Shown piece after piece: positions 38,404 to 52,361 of a stretch of 64,000 bases of DNA. Under the pieces are notes generated by a model. That model did not search any database. It saw only the letters and a list, made by a program, of their open reading frames with translations, and was not told the DNA's origin. Origin of the DNA: Eledone cirrhosa (Eukaryota); assembly GCA_964016885.1 (NCBI GenBank), contig OZ024741.1, positions 167,090,001 through 167,154,000 of the forward strand, in the 5' to 3' direction. Numbering within the stretch: position 1 is the stretch's first letter; each line of letters begins with the position of its first letter. The translations under genes and the position numbers were made by a program.

Positions 38404-39273
38404 AAAATTTGATTCGCTCTTACATCGTGGATACCTAAATGTATTAGTGAGTGGCGGATTGGCAGTATCGGTAGAGGGTCGGACGCCATGCTTTGCAGCA
38501 TAAAGTTACGGCCCTTTACGATATGAGTTCAAATCCCGCCGATGTTAACTTTGCCTTTCATCCTTACGGGATCGATAAAATAAAGTACCAGTAATGCACT
38601 GGGATAATAGCTGGACTTATGCCAAATGAAGAAACAATTATTAATATTCAGTCATTTGCGAGCAAACAGCCTCATGACGGCATGTGTCTTTTCTAGACGA
38701 CTGACGTCATCCTTTTGTTCTCTGCGGTAGCAGAGAGAATACAATCGACAATTGTTTCGGAGTTATTGCTCCTTATGAGGACTATGTGTCTCCTCGTCAC
38801 TGCTACCCGCTGGAATTGCTGAGAATACATAGTATTCTCAAAGGTATACATCGGCTGATTAGCCTAATTTGCATGATTAGCCTAATTACGACCGGTTTGG
38901 CCGAAAATTAAAAACAAAATTTGTTAAACACACATGATGTTATGCTGCTGTTTGGAAGTATTTAATTTCTTTCATGAGATTTTGGCTTAAGTTTAATATA
39001 TTTTAATACTTCTCTGAGTGGATGATTTATCAATATATCTTATCCTCTCATTGAGATTTTTATGGATTAGAGACAGTTAACTTTATAGAGTTATAAATTT
39101 ATATATTTATATATATATAATGCATGAGATAACGAAGTTCCACTTTTAAATGTTTTTATTGGTTATCGAACGTTACATATGTAATAGAGCTGACTCCTGT
39201 ATCGATCTGCTCATCAAACTTGTGAACTCAAATCAAAGCACTTTCATTCACAATTCATAAATAAATAAATAAA

Positions 39274-39333
<60 letters not shown>

Positions 39334-39334
<1 letters not shown>

Positions 39335-39614
39335 GATATTAACAAATGGAAATTATATTTATAAAACCATATCTATTTTATTATACATATTTCAAGGATA
39401 CCATGTTACATGATGAAAGCATACCATAATTTAACATGGTATCCTTGAAATATGTATAATAAAATAGATATGGTTTTATAAATATAGTTTCCATTTGTTA
39501 ATATCGTATATATATATATATATATATATTTACTCCAAATACTTGTCGAGTGCTTTATATCAGTTATAAAAATATTTGCTTGTTGTATCCCAACAATTTA
39601 AATAGAACTTTTGC
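39334..39614 (+). mobile_element. Fold-back non-autonomous Penelope-like element, copy 2
   Basis: 75-bp arms 39334-39408 / 39432-39506, same tail as 9481-9566, in (TA)n. Confidence 0.75.
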
Positions 39615-40919
39615 ATATATATATATATATATATATATATAACGAAGGAAATGTGGTAAGGAACCAGGTGGACAGCAACATAACTGATAGGGTGATTCAG
39701 GGTGACTAGACACTTCATAAAACGTGCTCAAAACAGTTTCTGTTTACCCAATTACATTCATCAAGCATACGCCGACCCCGGGCTACGATAAAAGGCACTT
39801 GCCCAAGATGCTATTCAGTAAGATTGAATCCAGTATCTCGTGAGTCGGAGCAAATTTATTAACTCTTCAGCCATGATGCCCTTTCTTCTGTGTATAATAC
39901 TCTGTCATATAATGGTTTCTAATTTAAGCATCATGTTAAAACATTTAAGGGTAAGGAAAATCGATTAAATTGACTCCAGTATTTGACCGGTATATTATTA
40001 TATCAACTCCGAAAGAATGAAAGGCAAAGTTGACCTTGGCGTGATTTAAACTCAGAACATAAAAGTCGTAACTAAATACCACAAATAATTTTGCCCCGCG
40101 TTCTACCGATAATGCCAATCCACCGCCCTTATAATGCTCTATCATATAGTGGAAATATGGTAAAATGTTCATCATTCCTGCAGGTTTTTATTTCAAAATT
40201 GTTTGGAGAACACTTGTCTAGTATAAAATCTTCAACATAAACAAAGTTTCAAGTTTCCCAACGATTTATTTTCGTTGTGATTCATTAGAAATAAACAAGC
40301 TTCTTATTTCAAGTCACTTTAGATAAACGGCTTTAATCATGGTTGCCTTGTAAGATATCTCTTTTCTTGATTTGCTTTTAGAATTTTTTATCAAACAAAA
40401 CAATAAATTTCAGTGTAAACATCTCCAAAATAGATACAAAATTGAATATATTTTGATAGGTTTCTTATCTGAATTGATTTCCTTCTTTTTCTTCTTATGC
40501 CAAAATCAGAAACCATTATCGTTATTATTATTTGTATTTTTCCTCTTCCGTCAGTTTTATTTCCATTTCTTGCCGAGTGTCTTCCCGACACCTAAGGCAG
40601 AGAAACTCACTGCATACATTGATAAGCCACACAGAGAAACTCACTGCATACATTGATAAGCCACATACACAAAAAAAAAAACACACAAAAAAACAATAAT
40701 AATAAAATACACAGACCAGATTGTTCACGTCACGCACATCACAGTTAAAAGTAAATAATTTATTTCATACATGCGCACACCATCTTACAACAGAATGATA
40801 ATCGGTCATATAAGAGTGCTCGACTATTTACAACTTACATAATTATGGAATATAATCAAATAAAGTTATGTAAAAAAAATTACAGAGTATTATCATTCTC
40901 GGCGACAGTGCTCTTCTTA

Positions 40920-42605
40920 ATATGTGTGCCGTACCAGTTACACAATTGTTTGCACTTCTTGTAAGTCATGGATTATTCTCAAATAATTTTCTATTCCTGC
41001 TTTGATTATTCCTAATGTCTTACAATCACTGGTCTTGTAACCACCATATTTATTATTTTTTTCAATTTCAATGAGCAAATATTTTCTGAGCTTATCAAAT
41101 TCTTTTTCCGTAATATTGTGATCACACAGGATGCTCATATCACTCAATAAACAGACTTTGTTATTTTACAATAATATCCAGTTTATTAGCATTGATGGTT
41201 TTGTCTGTGTATACAGACTCAGACTCAGAAGCTCCCGCGTCTTGCGACGCATGAGGCAATCATAGTGTTCCACCGCGTTCGGTCAGCAGCCAGTTGCATA
41301 GCGTCCCGCCATTGTCTGTTTGTCGCTCGCAGGTCCCTCTCAACTGTCTGGCGCCAGTTCATTTTGGGTCGCCCTCTCCGTCTGCTTCCCTGTGGGTTAC
41401 ATTTAAGTACTTGGTTCGCCATTCTCTCCGGGGGAAGTCTCAAAGCGTGCCCAAACCAGCCCAGGCGTCGCTTGCAGATGGCAGAAGAGACTAGCTGCTG
41501 GTTGGTGCGGTTCCTGACTTCCTGGTTTGTTACATGGTCACTCCATTTAATCCCCAAGGTCTTTCGCAGACACCTGGAATCGAATGCGTCCAACTTCTTC
41601 TCTTGGCTGGTCTTAAGGTGCCATGTTTCACTTCCGTACAAGAGTGTGGACAGCACGTTGCTGTTGTAGAATCTCATCTTTGTTTTGAGGGTGAACTTCC
41701 TGCTCTTCCAGATCTTGACAAGCTGGTTAAATGCTGCTGAAGCCTTTCCCATTCTACATTGCAATTCACTGTCCATGGCGCCCCCATTGTCAATGGAGCT
41801 TCCTAGGTAGGTGAAGTTGTCCACTATCTCCACCTCCCCCTGTTCAATGAAAACACTAGTTGGTGATGGGTGTGTCCCAGATAACATGCTTTTGGTCTTC
41901 TTAGCACTGATATTGAGACCTAAGCTTCCTGCTTCGACATTGATATTGTTCATAATGATTTGCAGGTCAGCTGTGCTCTCTGCAAGTGCAACAATATCGT
42001 CCGCAAAGTCCAGGTCAGACAACTTTTGCTCTCCCACCCAAGATATACCCTGGTCTTTAGACGCTCTTCTTAGTACCCAGTCAATGGCTATGGCAAAGAG
42101 AATTGGAGAGAGCGAGCAACTCTGACGCACACCAGTAACCACCTCAAACCAGTCACTGTAGCCATCCTCTGTCCGTATGCAGCACTTGGAGTTTGCATTA
42201 ATTACAGGAGAGTCCCTAAAAAATCGTTACATTTTCTCTCTCAGTTACAGTCTCAGACTGGTGCATATATTGCATGTCAGCAGCTTTTATTTTATAGTGC
42301 TGACATTAACCAGTGAAGATATTGATCAACTATGTCATGCCTTGACTTATACTCTATCGGTGCTAATACTGTACATCCTGAGATTAAATGGTCCATTGTT
42401 TCAATCTCATTATTGCAGACTTGGCACTTTGGATCTATTCCATTTCTCATCACATTGGCTTGGTAGTTCCATGATAATAAGCCTTGATCTTCAGCAGCTA
42501 AGATGAAGCCTTTAATCTGTCTTTAGCCCTGAGCTTCGTAGCCACTGTTGGTTGTGTTTATGGTCAACATCAGCTTGCTTTCTATGGGCCACATATTTGC
42601 CATTT
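40920..42605 (-). mobile_element. Old R4/Dong-clade LINE 3' fragment split by an RTE insertion
   Basis: QWLRSSGLK..GFILAAEDQG (42480-42560) and TDKTINANKLDIIV..EKEFDKLRKY (41080-41210) are collinear across the insert. Confidence 0.75.
41212..42203 (-). mobile_element. Young 5'-truncated RTE-clade LINE; intact RT C-terminal ORF 41225-42142
   Basis: GVRQSCSLSPILF, LDFADDIV, FTYLGS, LLYGSETW, GSRRRGRPK; (TGAGTC)n tail; possible short TSD TACAG. Confidence 0.92.
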
Positions 42606-44119
42606 ATAATTATTTTTAATTATTTTTATTATTATTAAGGCGGTGGAACGTAAATGCCCGTAACTCTATGCTGAAAAGCATATTGTCCGACGCTCTACTG
42701 GTACTGCCAATCTAATAACAACAACACTACCAATAGCAATAGCAATAAGATTACATCGGCCAAAGCAACTGAACTACTCGTCAAGAGAAAAGGAGACATG
42801 TTTGACCCAAGCTGTCAATTATTAGTATTTGGCGTTCTCACATGGTTACTAACGTAATTGTGATCTGACGACAACTAAGAATACCCACAGCGAGACTTAT
42901 ATATGTTTATTATACATGAAGGGCGGTGGATTGGTAGTATCAGTAGAGCGTCAGATGCCATGCTTTACAGCATAGAGTTATGTCCTTTTATGGTCTGAGT
43001 TCAAATCCCGCCGAGGTTAACATTGCCTTTCATCCTTACGGGGTCGATAAAATAAAGTACCAGTAATACACTGGGATAATTGCTGGCCTTGTGTCAAAAG
43101 TAGAAACAATTATACATGAATATATGGTATAGGCTTTCGTTATACGTCTCTATTCTGATTTACGTTGTGTTAGTGATAGTGCTATTTAATATCTATATTA
43201 TTGTGAAAACTTCTTTAAATCAATACAACCATTGTCCTTTATCAAATTATTTAGCTTTAGATTTCTCTGAAGGAAAACTACTAGCTATTTCTGTAGCTAA
43301 TTTTATTACTGTCTGGATACAATTCTTATCAATTCAAGTTACGCACCTATCTATAAATTGTCCATTTCTATTTAATAACCTACATCATGCATTTGTCATT
43401 GTGCCAGTATATCCACGCCTTAGCCATCAACACACCTACTCAAATTGACCGATTGAAATAATTTGGTTGGCTGGTCACCCTCTCCCAACATAAGCTTTGC
43501 ATCTATATATTTCAATTATCTTTTTCCACCCTTTTTTTTCTTTTTCTATCTTTTTTTCTTTTTATCTCTTTTTCTCTATTACTGATTTCCCCCCTCGATG
43601 TGTTTTTCTCATCTTCTTTTCTATTCCCTTGGTTGTTTTCTCACTTCCTTTACCTTTTGTATCCTTTGTATATTATATATGCATAACTATGACTGCCAAT
43701 TGCTTTAAAATAAACTTAAAATGTCTCAAAACCAATGCTTTCAAGATAATCACTTTGGTTTGTTCAAACATCCTTAAGAATGCCGGGTCGTAATTTAAAC
43801 GTTATTGGAACGTGTAAAAAAGACACAATGGTGCAATCTTCAACTATTGTTATTCCTACTATAATTATATCCTGTACTTATGGATATAGAATGGTTCAAT
43901 GACAACTATGGCTCACTTTATATGTACAATATGAACTGAAGATAATTCCTTTTCCCACATTTGTGCCTTAGTTATGTGGTGACATTTATGCTTTATTTAC
44001 GTGCTGAGAGGATAAGTATATTTGAGCCCTTGACTCCTGTTGGGGTCTGTTATGTTTTTCCCAACAATTGAAACGACAACACAATAAGATGAGCAAGGGT
44101 ATATATATATATATATATA

Positions 44120-44510
44120 CGAGGGCAATCCCAAAAGTAAGGTCCTTCCGATATTGCAACTTTTCCGTTAAAATCCTGTGGATGGTGCTTCGGGAAACCT
44201 CAGGAACCAAAATGCAGAGAGCATCCAGAGTGATCCGCCGATCTTTACACATGTTTTCCTCGGAAGGAGACCTTACTTTTGGGATTGCCTTCTATATAAT
44301 AACTGCGCGAAATTCTCACTTGGCGGTAGCGTTCAACGGGAGCTCCATTCTCAATGGCTGCCAAGCCAAGATTGAGCATCCCAGCGAAGCGTGCGCATGC
44401 TTGTTTGAGACTGAAGGAAGCACTAATCACAACAGTGTTGCCAACAGCCGTACGAACAGTTTCTCTGCGTCCCCATCGCTTTGGACACCTTACTTTTGGG
44501 ATTACCCTCG
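44120..44510. mobile_element. mariner-derived MITE(s) with three TIR copies
   Basis: TA-CGAGGGCAATCCCAAAAGTAAGGTC left TIR; right TIRs at 44269-44292 and 44487-44510; HTH remnant DRRIT...SRSTIHRILTEKLQYRK. Confidence 0.85.
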
Positions 44511-46611
44511 TATATATATATATATAAACACTGACCTTTTGAAGGTGTACAAACGACCCAAAATGTCCTCTATACAGTTGAGACTTTAGAATGTTCTAGA
44601 ACGCGCATGTGTGTTATATTCTGATTAGACAATAGTATATTTGCCCATGAATAATACTTGTCCTAGTTTCGACCAATCCATTTCACATGCCAAATATTCA
44701 CACATCTGCCGTTTCTCCCGAATGGATTATTTCACATTCGCCGAAAAGCAACGACTTGGTCTTTCTTGATAATTTGAAGGTCATGATTTCGATCCACTCA
44801 CTTGTGGATCTTCCTAACACTCCCTCCATGAAGTCGTTGGATATACGATCAGAGACGATACTTGTTTTCTTCGGCATGTAGAACGTCGAAGTGTTAGGTT
44901 TCATCTTTGACTAATCTTTATGACAGGTAGATTAAAGGTGTCTAAAATTATTTCAAGTGGTAGCTGCGAACCATGTTGAGATTGATGTAAAAGTCCATTT
45001 TTATAACGCATCTGGTTATTATGTCTGGTCCAACTTGGATGTAGGGGAGAGTCTTTACGCTGACTTGAGCGTCTTAAACCTAGCGCAGCCTATCTCTTTC
45101 CAGGTCAGCCGATTTCTTCCAGAGAAACAAAAAGAGAAAAGACGAGAGAGAACCAACCTCAGTATTGAACTGGTAATTTATTTATCAACCTCTTAAGGAT
45201 GAAAGGCAAAGTTGACGAGGGTGGGATTTGAACTCAATGCATAGAAAACTGAAACGAATACCGTGAAGTATTCCATCTGACATTCTAATAACTGCCAATT
45301 CGCCGCTATGAGACTAAGTATATAGAGTGATATAAGACTGGTGAATTACTGAGAGAATTTTTGTTAAATAGGGTGTGTGTATGTTGGTAGAAGCATTAGC
45401 TTGATTCCAAGCATTGTTTGCTTCTAGATTCAGTTAATATGTTATGACGGACATAACTGGACAGTCCCAGTCGACCATAGAATAACTTTTGGTATATGTT
45501 GCACAAGAATTTAGGAGAGGGGTGTGGTTAATTTATCTTCACCTTCCATTCAGGGCGTTGTTAATCCTCGTTGAGTCATTGTTGGTTTTCAAAAGCATTT
45601 GAACCTTTAAAGATGGCTTGCCTCCATGTTTAACAATTTGCAGATGCCTCCTCCCAAATATCTGGGCTAATTTCTGCTAGAATTAAAGATGACTTGAGTT
45701 TATCCTTACTACGTTGCATGAAATCTGTTGCTATTAGCAAGTTCTTCAAAGAGGATGGTCTGTAGCAACGTAGTGGGGCCCATTCGGGCAGTATGTTCTG
45801 AAGAAAATCTCGTTTATAATGTAATCTTTCCTGTTAATTTAGAGGATACTTCCATCCTACAGACATGCTATCTCCAGACACTGCCTCTTCTATCACTCCT
45901 ACAATGGTCTCTGCTCTTCAGAGCTTGCTGGTCACATGCTACCTCCACTCTGGCATTCCCAACTCATTCATCTCTCCTACCCTCACCAAGCCTTGCATTA
46001 ACCACTACACCCACCCTTTCTTGTCCAGAATGCCCTTCTCTGTTCATGTCTTTCCAAAATGAATGGACTTGCAACAATTTAAGAACGTTAACAGCCTCTC
46101 TTTCTCTGGTTTCAGAGAGCCTATGAAAACCCTTGATATTGCTCTACTCTCCAAATTTATCAGAGAAAAAGAAATGCTCAGGTAATAAGGTGACCCTGAC
46201 AACAGCACAATAAGATTTCATATTATAAATTTTAAAAATATCTCCATGTTTATTAAAAGAAGAATATCATACTAACGAAACAAATTACCTTAAGAATATT
46301 TATAATAGACAAACTAATATGACACTTAACCTGTCATATTTATTTACTAGATTTAAATTATTTTGCAATTGAGAGTGCTACCATTATAGTAAGGGGGGTG
46401 GCTTCAGGCCTGTATGAAATAAAAGGGAGCAGCTATTATTTTACAAGCTTTTCTTTAAAAATGTATTTTATGTGATAATGCCTCAAAACCACAAGCATTA
46501 CCTTAGCAGTTTAGCTGAAACAAAAAGAATTTAAACAGTTAATGCATCTTCCCAATTTCTTTTCGTGTGAAAAAAAAACAAAAAAAAACCCTATCCCTTT
46601 AGACAATTTAA

Positions 46612-47915
46612 TATTTAGAGAAGAAATTCCAAACTTGGAAGCACGGGCTAGAATCAAAAGGCCTTAAAATTAACCTGGCTAAGACTAAAGTTCTAGTTTG
46701 TAAGAAAGAAAATAAGGCGGCGGTCCCCTCCGGGAAGTGGCCATGCGCAGAGTGTAGGAAAGGCGTAGGTAGAAATTCCATTTTGTGTCCCAAATGCAAA
46801 GTTTGGGTTCATAAAAGATGTAGTGGGATCACAGGTAAGCTAACTAAGAACATAGATTTTACATGTGGCCGGTGTTCTGGGGCAATAAGTAGCAGCAAGT
46901 GCCCACAAAATACTAGCTCTTTCAACTGCGCAGAGGGTTCTATAGAAATAGTGGACAGCTTCCGTTACCTGGGTGACAAAATCAGCAGTGGGGGAGGGTG
47001 CTCTGAAAGTACAGTAGCTAGAGTCAGAACTGGGTGGAAAAAGTTCAGAGAGCTTATACCACTATTAGCCGCTAAAGGGTTCTCCCTAAAAATGAAAGGC
47101 AGGTTGTACGATGCCTGCATACGAACAGCAATGTTGCATGGCAGTGAGACCTGGGCATTGTGTGCAGAGGATATACGCAGACTAGAGAGAAACGAAGCTT
47201 GCATGCTCCACTGGATGTGTAATAGTAATATACGTGAACGACAAAGCATAAACGAACTAAGGAAAAAATTAGAAATAAGAGGGATCAGATGTTGTTTACT
47301 AGAGAGAAGGCTACGTTGGTATGGTCACGTGATGCGCATGAAGGACGATAGCTGTATAACAAAGTGCAGGGCAATAAAGATAGACGGTAGCCACGGAATA
47401 GGCAGACCCAGAAAAACCTGGGACGAGCTGATAAACTCCGACCTCACACAGTTACACCTCACCAAGACAATGTCACTGGACAGAGACCTTTGGGGGTACT
47501 CAGTAATAGAGAAGACCCGCCTTACCTAAATACAAAGTAAAACCTACTACAGTCAGTAGGCATCTCTAACAAAATACACCCCCGTCCCACCACCCCACCC
47601 CAGCCACACCGCCCCCTTCTATGTAAAGTTATGTTGGTGCCACACCATCCAGGCCGAAACAAATGAGATCGTGTAGGTGTCACGACAAAAAAACACACAG
47701 TCCACGCTGTAATGTGGCCGTGTAGGCAACACGGTAAAAACCTCCCAGACCCACACTGTAAATGTGGTTGGTGTTAGGAAGGGCATCCAACTGTAGAAAA
47801 CCTGCCAGACAGTCCTATGCGAGCAAGACAATCACTCTTGCCTCAAGTGGGAAAACCCCCGTCCAAACCCATGCAAGCGTGGAACACGGACGTTAAACGA
47901 TGATGATGATGATGA
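46612..47915 (+). mobile_element. 5'-truncated RTE-clade LINE with a PHD-type finger in ORF2; ORF ends 47529; (GAT)n tail
   Basis: GLKINLAKTKVL, WPCAECRKGVGRNSILCPKCKVWVHKRCSG..FTCGRC, FRYLGD, MLHGSETW, RLRWYGHV, GRPRKTW; 3'UTR ends GGACGTTAAACGATGATGAT. Confidence 0.92.
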
Positions 47916-49180
47916 TATTTGAAATAGTAAGTGAATGTAATTTCCTTTCCCCACAAAAGTAAGAGAACACCATTCTCTTAGCACTACACCACACCACAGA
48001 ACATACATCATTATCATTTTATGTCTGTTTTTCCATGCTTGCATACAATGCCAGATTTACCATTGTGCTTAGGTGTGCTTAAGCACAGGGCCTTGCTGGC
48101 CGGGGTGGGGGCATCTTCCTGCCGAAAAATATTTTACCTCCTTCAGGGCCCATAACTTAACTAGCACAGGGCCCCATTTGTCGTAAATCCAGAACTGGTT
48201 GGATTGGTCCTCTCCAGCACAATCTGCCTCCACTTGTTGCATTCCTTTGTCATCTCCTCTGCAAGGTATCAACACTGACCACTTCTGCCCAGGTCTTATT
48301 CTACTATAGTTTCTTTCTACTAGGATCTCTTGCCACTTCTTCATGTAACAACCATTCTCCATATGCATCACATGTACAGCCTTCTTTCTTGTACACTGAA
48401 TCTAATTCCAGTTTTTCTTTCAGCTCATCTGTATTTAATTTAAGCACATTAACACCTGTCTAAACCCATGCTAGCATGGAAGATAGACGTTAAACGATGA
48501 TGATGATGAACACTAGGAAAACAAAAGGCTCCTTCAGTGAAGATTTACCATGAATTTTGCCTTTCTTTGGTACAATGGCAGAGTGATAAAACCAGAGTTG
48601 CCCATACATGTGGAAAATCAGAGTCGCCCATACATGCAAGGTTTCCAATATAACACCAATATCATTGCAACTGCAAATGTAATGTGAAATAAAACGTTTT
48701 GTTTGAGGATACTACATGCTATCTGGTCCAGTAATGGAACTCATGCTCTTACAATCATGAGTCCAGCATCCTAACCATTAAGCAACATACCTTCTCACAT
48801 TAACATTACACAACAAATAAAATAATCTCTCCACCAAAATCCATCACTTAAAAAGAAAACAACAAATCCTAGAACTGATTTTTTTTTTATTAAAAAACAT
48901 TTTACCCCATATTTGTTTATATTTTTTTTCAATGAGTTTTTTTCTTTGTTTTTCATACATATGCATGTGTATGTGTCCTGATTTTTAGAATAGGTACACT
49001 ACATCCTTGTGTCATAAGAAGCAACTAAATGGGTTGGCATCAAGAAGGGCATTTGCCTGTAAAACACAAAACAAAAAAAAAAACCAAAGAAACACTGCCC
49101 CCAAAAATCCCGTCCAACCCATGCCAGCATGGAAGATTGGACATGAAAATGATGACTATATATATATATATATATATATA

Positions 49181-49338
49181 CGAGGGTAGGCTAAAAAGTC
49201 AAGGTTCATTTTTCAACATAGTTCATGGAAGAAACAATACAGTTATCAATAAGAAGAGTTGAAATTAATGCATGCAAGATATCACAGCTCTAGAATCACA
49301 CTTTCATAGTGAGCCTATGAACTTTTCAGCTGACCCTC

Positions 49339-49339
<1 letters not shown>
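49181..49339. mobile_element. mariner-type MITE
   Basis: TA-CGAGGGTAGGCTAAAAAGT ... ACTTTTCAGCTGACCCTCA-TA. Confidence 0.75.
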
Positions 49340-49408
<69 letters not shown>

Positions 49409-52143
49409 ATGCGTGTGTGTATATATATATATATAGTAGTGTTTCATCCAATCCCTTGGAAAATGAAGCCTTGACTTCATCGTACCTTTTTCTAATGGCT
49501 GCTTAACTGGAATAAGTGGCCACTTCGATTGGAAGCTGTTTTGACTCAAATACTAAACCATTTAATCTGACACTAACACAGGGGTGGATAGCGTGTGACC
49601 TTCTGCAAGATTCGCAGGCAAACCTTTATAAGTTGGAAACAAACATTAAAATATTTTCCCATCAAAAGCAGTCACAAAAAAAAGCCATAAAAAAGAATTA
49701 GTTAATTTTATAATAATTTTTAGATCCTGTTACAAGTTTTAGAAATAATTTTGTAAAATAAAAATAAAAATATTTTTTTCAAAAATGTGGTCTCATTGGA
49801 TGTCAGTTGATTTTGATGAGGCTTTCCAGCATAAAACAGTTGCCCACCTCTACTCTAAGGACATTGTCAATTCACACACATATATATGTGTGTGTACATA
49901 TATATGTAATATCTACTCTACTTTCCTAAGTATAGCATACTAGGTTGAATTACTGGTCTTAATTTGTTACAATATATATATATATATAGAGAGAGAGAGG
50001 GGGAGATAAATATAACATTACTTAAGTTGGTATGCTATTGGGAAAAGTTTCAGATATTTCTAACATTGTCCTTCTTCAGAATACCAACTGAGCCCTTTTG
50101 TTACTAAATTTCTCAGGAAATACAATACCTAGGCATTTCAATTACTTTTGAAAATAACAAAACAAAAACAAAGAGAGAAATTTAGTAATATAACTTAACA
50201 AGAAACATTACATAAAAAAAAGTTCTTTCTTACAATTGTTGTAGTTTTATTTTAAATATGAACACTTTATAACAGGTTAACTATCATAAAACCAGGGGTA
50301 GTTTGGTATCAAAAGGGTTAAAGTAATTTTAGTTTTATACCAATAAACATCTTTTTTTGTACTGCAGATCACAACTAGACACCTTAAATTCTATGTATAT
50401 TTTCTTTTCCTAACATTCAATAGTAGTAATGGGAGGCGACATAGTTAATTTAGACCTGTCCTAAATTATTACCAGCACATCCCCACCTTCATTGCTTCAC
50501 CAGCTAGAAATATCAGCCAAACTACCTCTTACTGTCATTAAAAAAATGCAAGGTCATACTGGATAACGTAATCCTATATACACTATGTCAGAATGTAACA
50601 AAAGACAGTGGTGTCATCAATGGAATGTTGGTCAAACAATAGAGTGGCTAACTATTTGCATGTCAGGTGTTTGCTGGATCCAGCTAGGTTGATCTGAGTG
50701 TCAACAATAACCACACCACCACCACCACCACAGTCATCATCATTAAAAGTAGCCAGTTCTGACCATGTCAACTTACAACTTTCATTAACATATTTTTATT
50801 GACATAAAATTAATGAAGAATTTCAAGGCATTTACTTAAGTTATTAATTATTAAGATGGTAACTGAACATGGGGTTCTTATATAAAATTATGTTGGAAGA
50901 TTTTAATTTAATGTAAATTAGGTAGTTTTATTTCATAGAACCAGAGCAGTTTTGGCCAAGCTGGTATCAAAATAAATTTATCCCTTCTTGATAATATTTC
51001 TAATGTAATACAAAAGAATTTTGTGAGATTTACTAAAAGTATTACTTCGTTATTAACATGGTATTTGTAACATGAAAAAAAAAAAAAGTTCATATAACAT
51101 TATGTTGCAAAGTTTTAATTTAAATAGGAACACTTTAAAATGGGTGGTTTTGTTTCAGAGAACCAGAGTTGGTTTTGGCCGGGTTGGTATCAACAGTGTT
51201 TCAATAAATGTATTTAGATGGTCCAAAAAAGCAGGAGAGAGAGAGGGAGAGAGAAAGAGAGAAAACATAGTAAGGGTGCTGTATTATTGCTGTGTTGTTG
51301 GTGGTGTTAGTGGTGATGAACAAGGACATAGACATACTAATGTCTTCAGTAAATGGAATGCAATAGGATACACACACAAACATACTATACATTTCAAAAC
51401 TTGGCATTGCAACTCAGGAAATTACTATATATTTAATTTAATTATATGAATTTGTATAAAACTGATCATTTAAGGTTCAGCAATGCACCTTTAATGGTAG
51501 TACCAACCCTGATCATATCAGTAGACAATTATGAATGATTACATATCTTGTAAACTAGAAGATGGACAACAGACAGGAAGAGGAGCCTCTCCTGGACCTA
51601 TGTTAGATAATTTTTTTGTGAAGGAGCATGCCTAGTGGTTAAATGTTGGACTCACAATCATGTCATGGGTTCAATTCCTGAACCAAGAGACATATTGTGT
51701 TCTTGAGCATATTGTTTTTCATGATAGGACAGAAGCCCCTATCATTAAAACATGTGAGAAACATCCTATGAGATACCTCATAGGAGGCCAAACCTGAATA
51801 GGTGTGAGTTGTAACAACAACAGCATAATATATAATATATATAAACACATATGCATGAGATACCTGGGGTTCTTATCATTAAAACCCCCAAGAAACATCC
51901 TTTGTGATACAATCTTGTTGGAGGCCAGCTAAAACTGTATAGGTGTGAGCAGTAAATAGAAAAAAAAATTGCTAGCTACATTACATACCACCTCGAAGGA
52001 TAACACCTTCACTATTCAAGAACAAGAGTTAAAGTTAGTTTTACGAAATACTTGATCACAATAAAAGAAACAAAGATTCTTCTAGCCAAACACGTGTGAT
52101 AAAAATAATGTTGATTGTGCCCGCATTACCAGCAGTCACGTAA

Positions 52144-52361
52144 CCCTTTCGTGGCTATATTTCTATTTGAATTAATTAATGGAGAACTTTGGAGGATTTA
52201 TAAAAGTTTTTATTCCAGAACTAAGATAGTAACTTAACAAAAGGTTCTTATATAAAATTATGTCAAAAGATATCAACTTAAAAACAAAATCCTTTTAAAA
52301 AAAGGAGTGGTTTTGTTTCAGAAAACCACAGCCAGTTTTGGTTAGGTTGGCATCAAAAGGG
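52144..52361. mobile_element. piggyBac-type MITE
   Basis: (G)TAA-CCCTTT...AAAGGG-TTAA termini; multi-copy body. Confidence 0.75.

Noticed and set aside
40599-40663. 34-bp direct duplication (similar small ones at ~48590-48637 and ~55123-55180)
   Set aside because: Ordinary local slippage with no further structure.
44650-45150. Possible minus-strand exon after a pyrimidine tract
   Set aside because: Only short ORFs (<80 aa) with no recognisable domain; cannot be supported.
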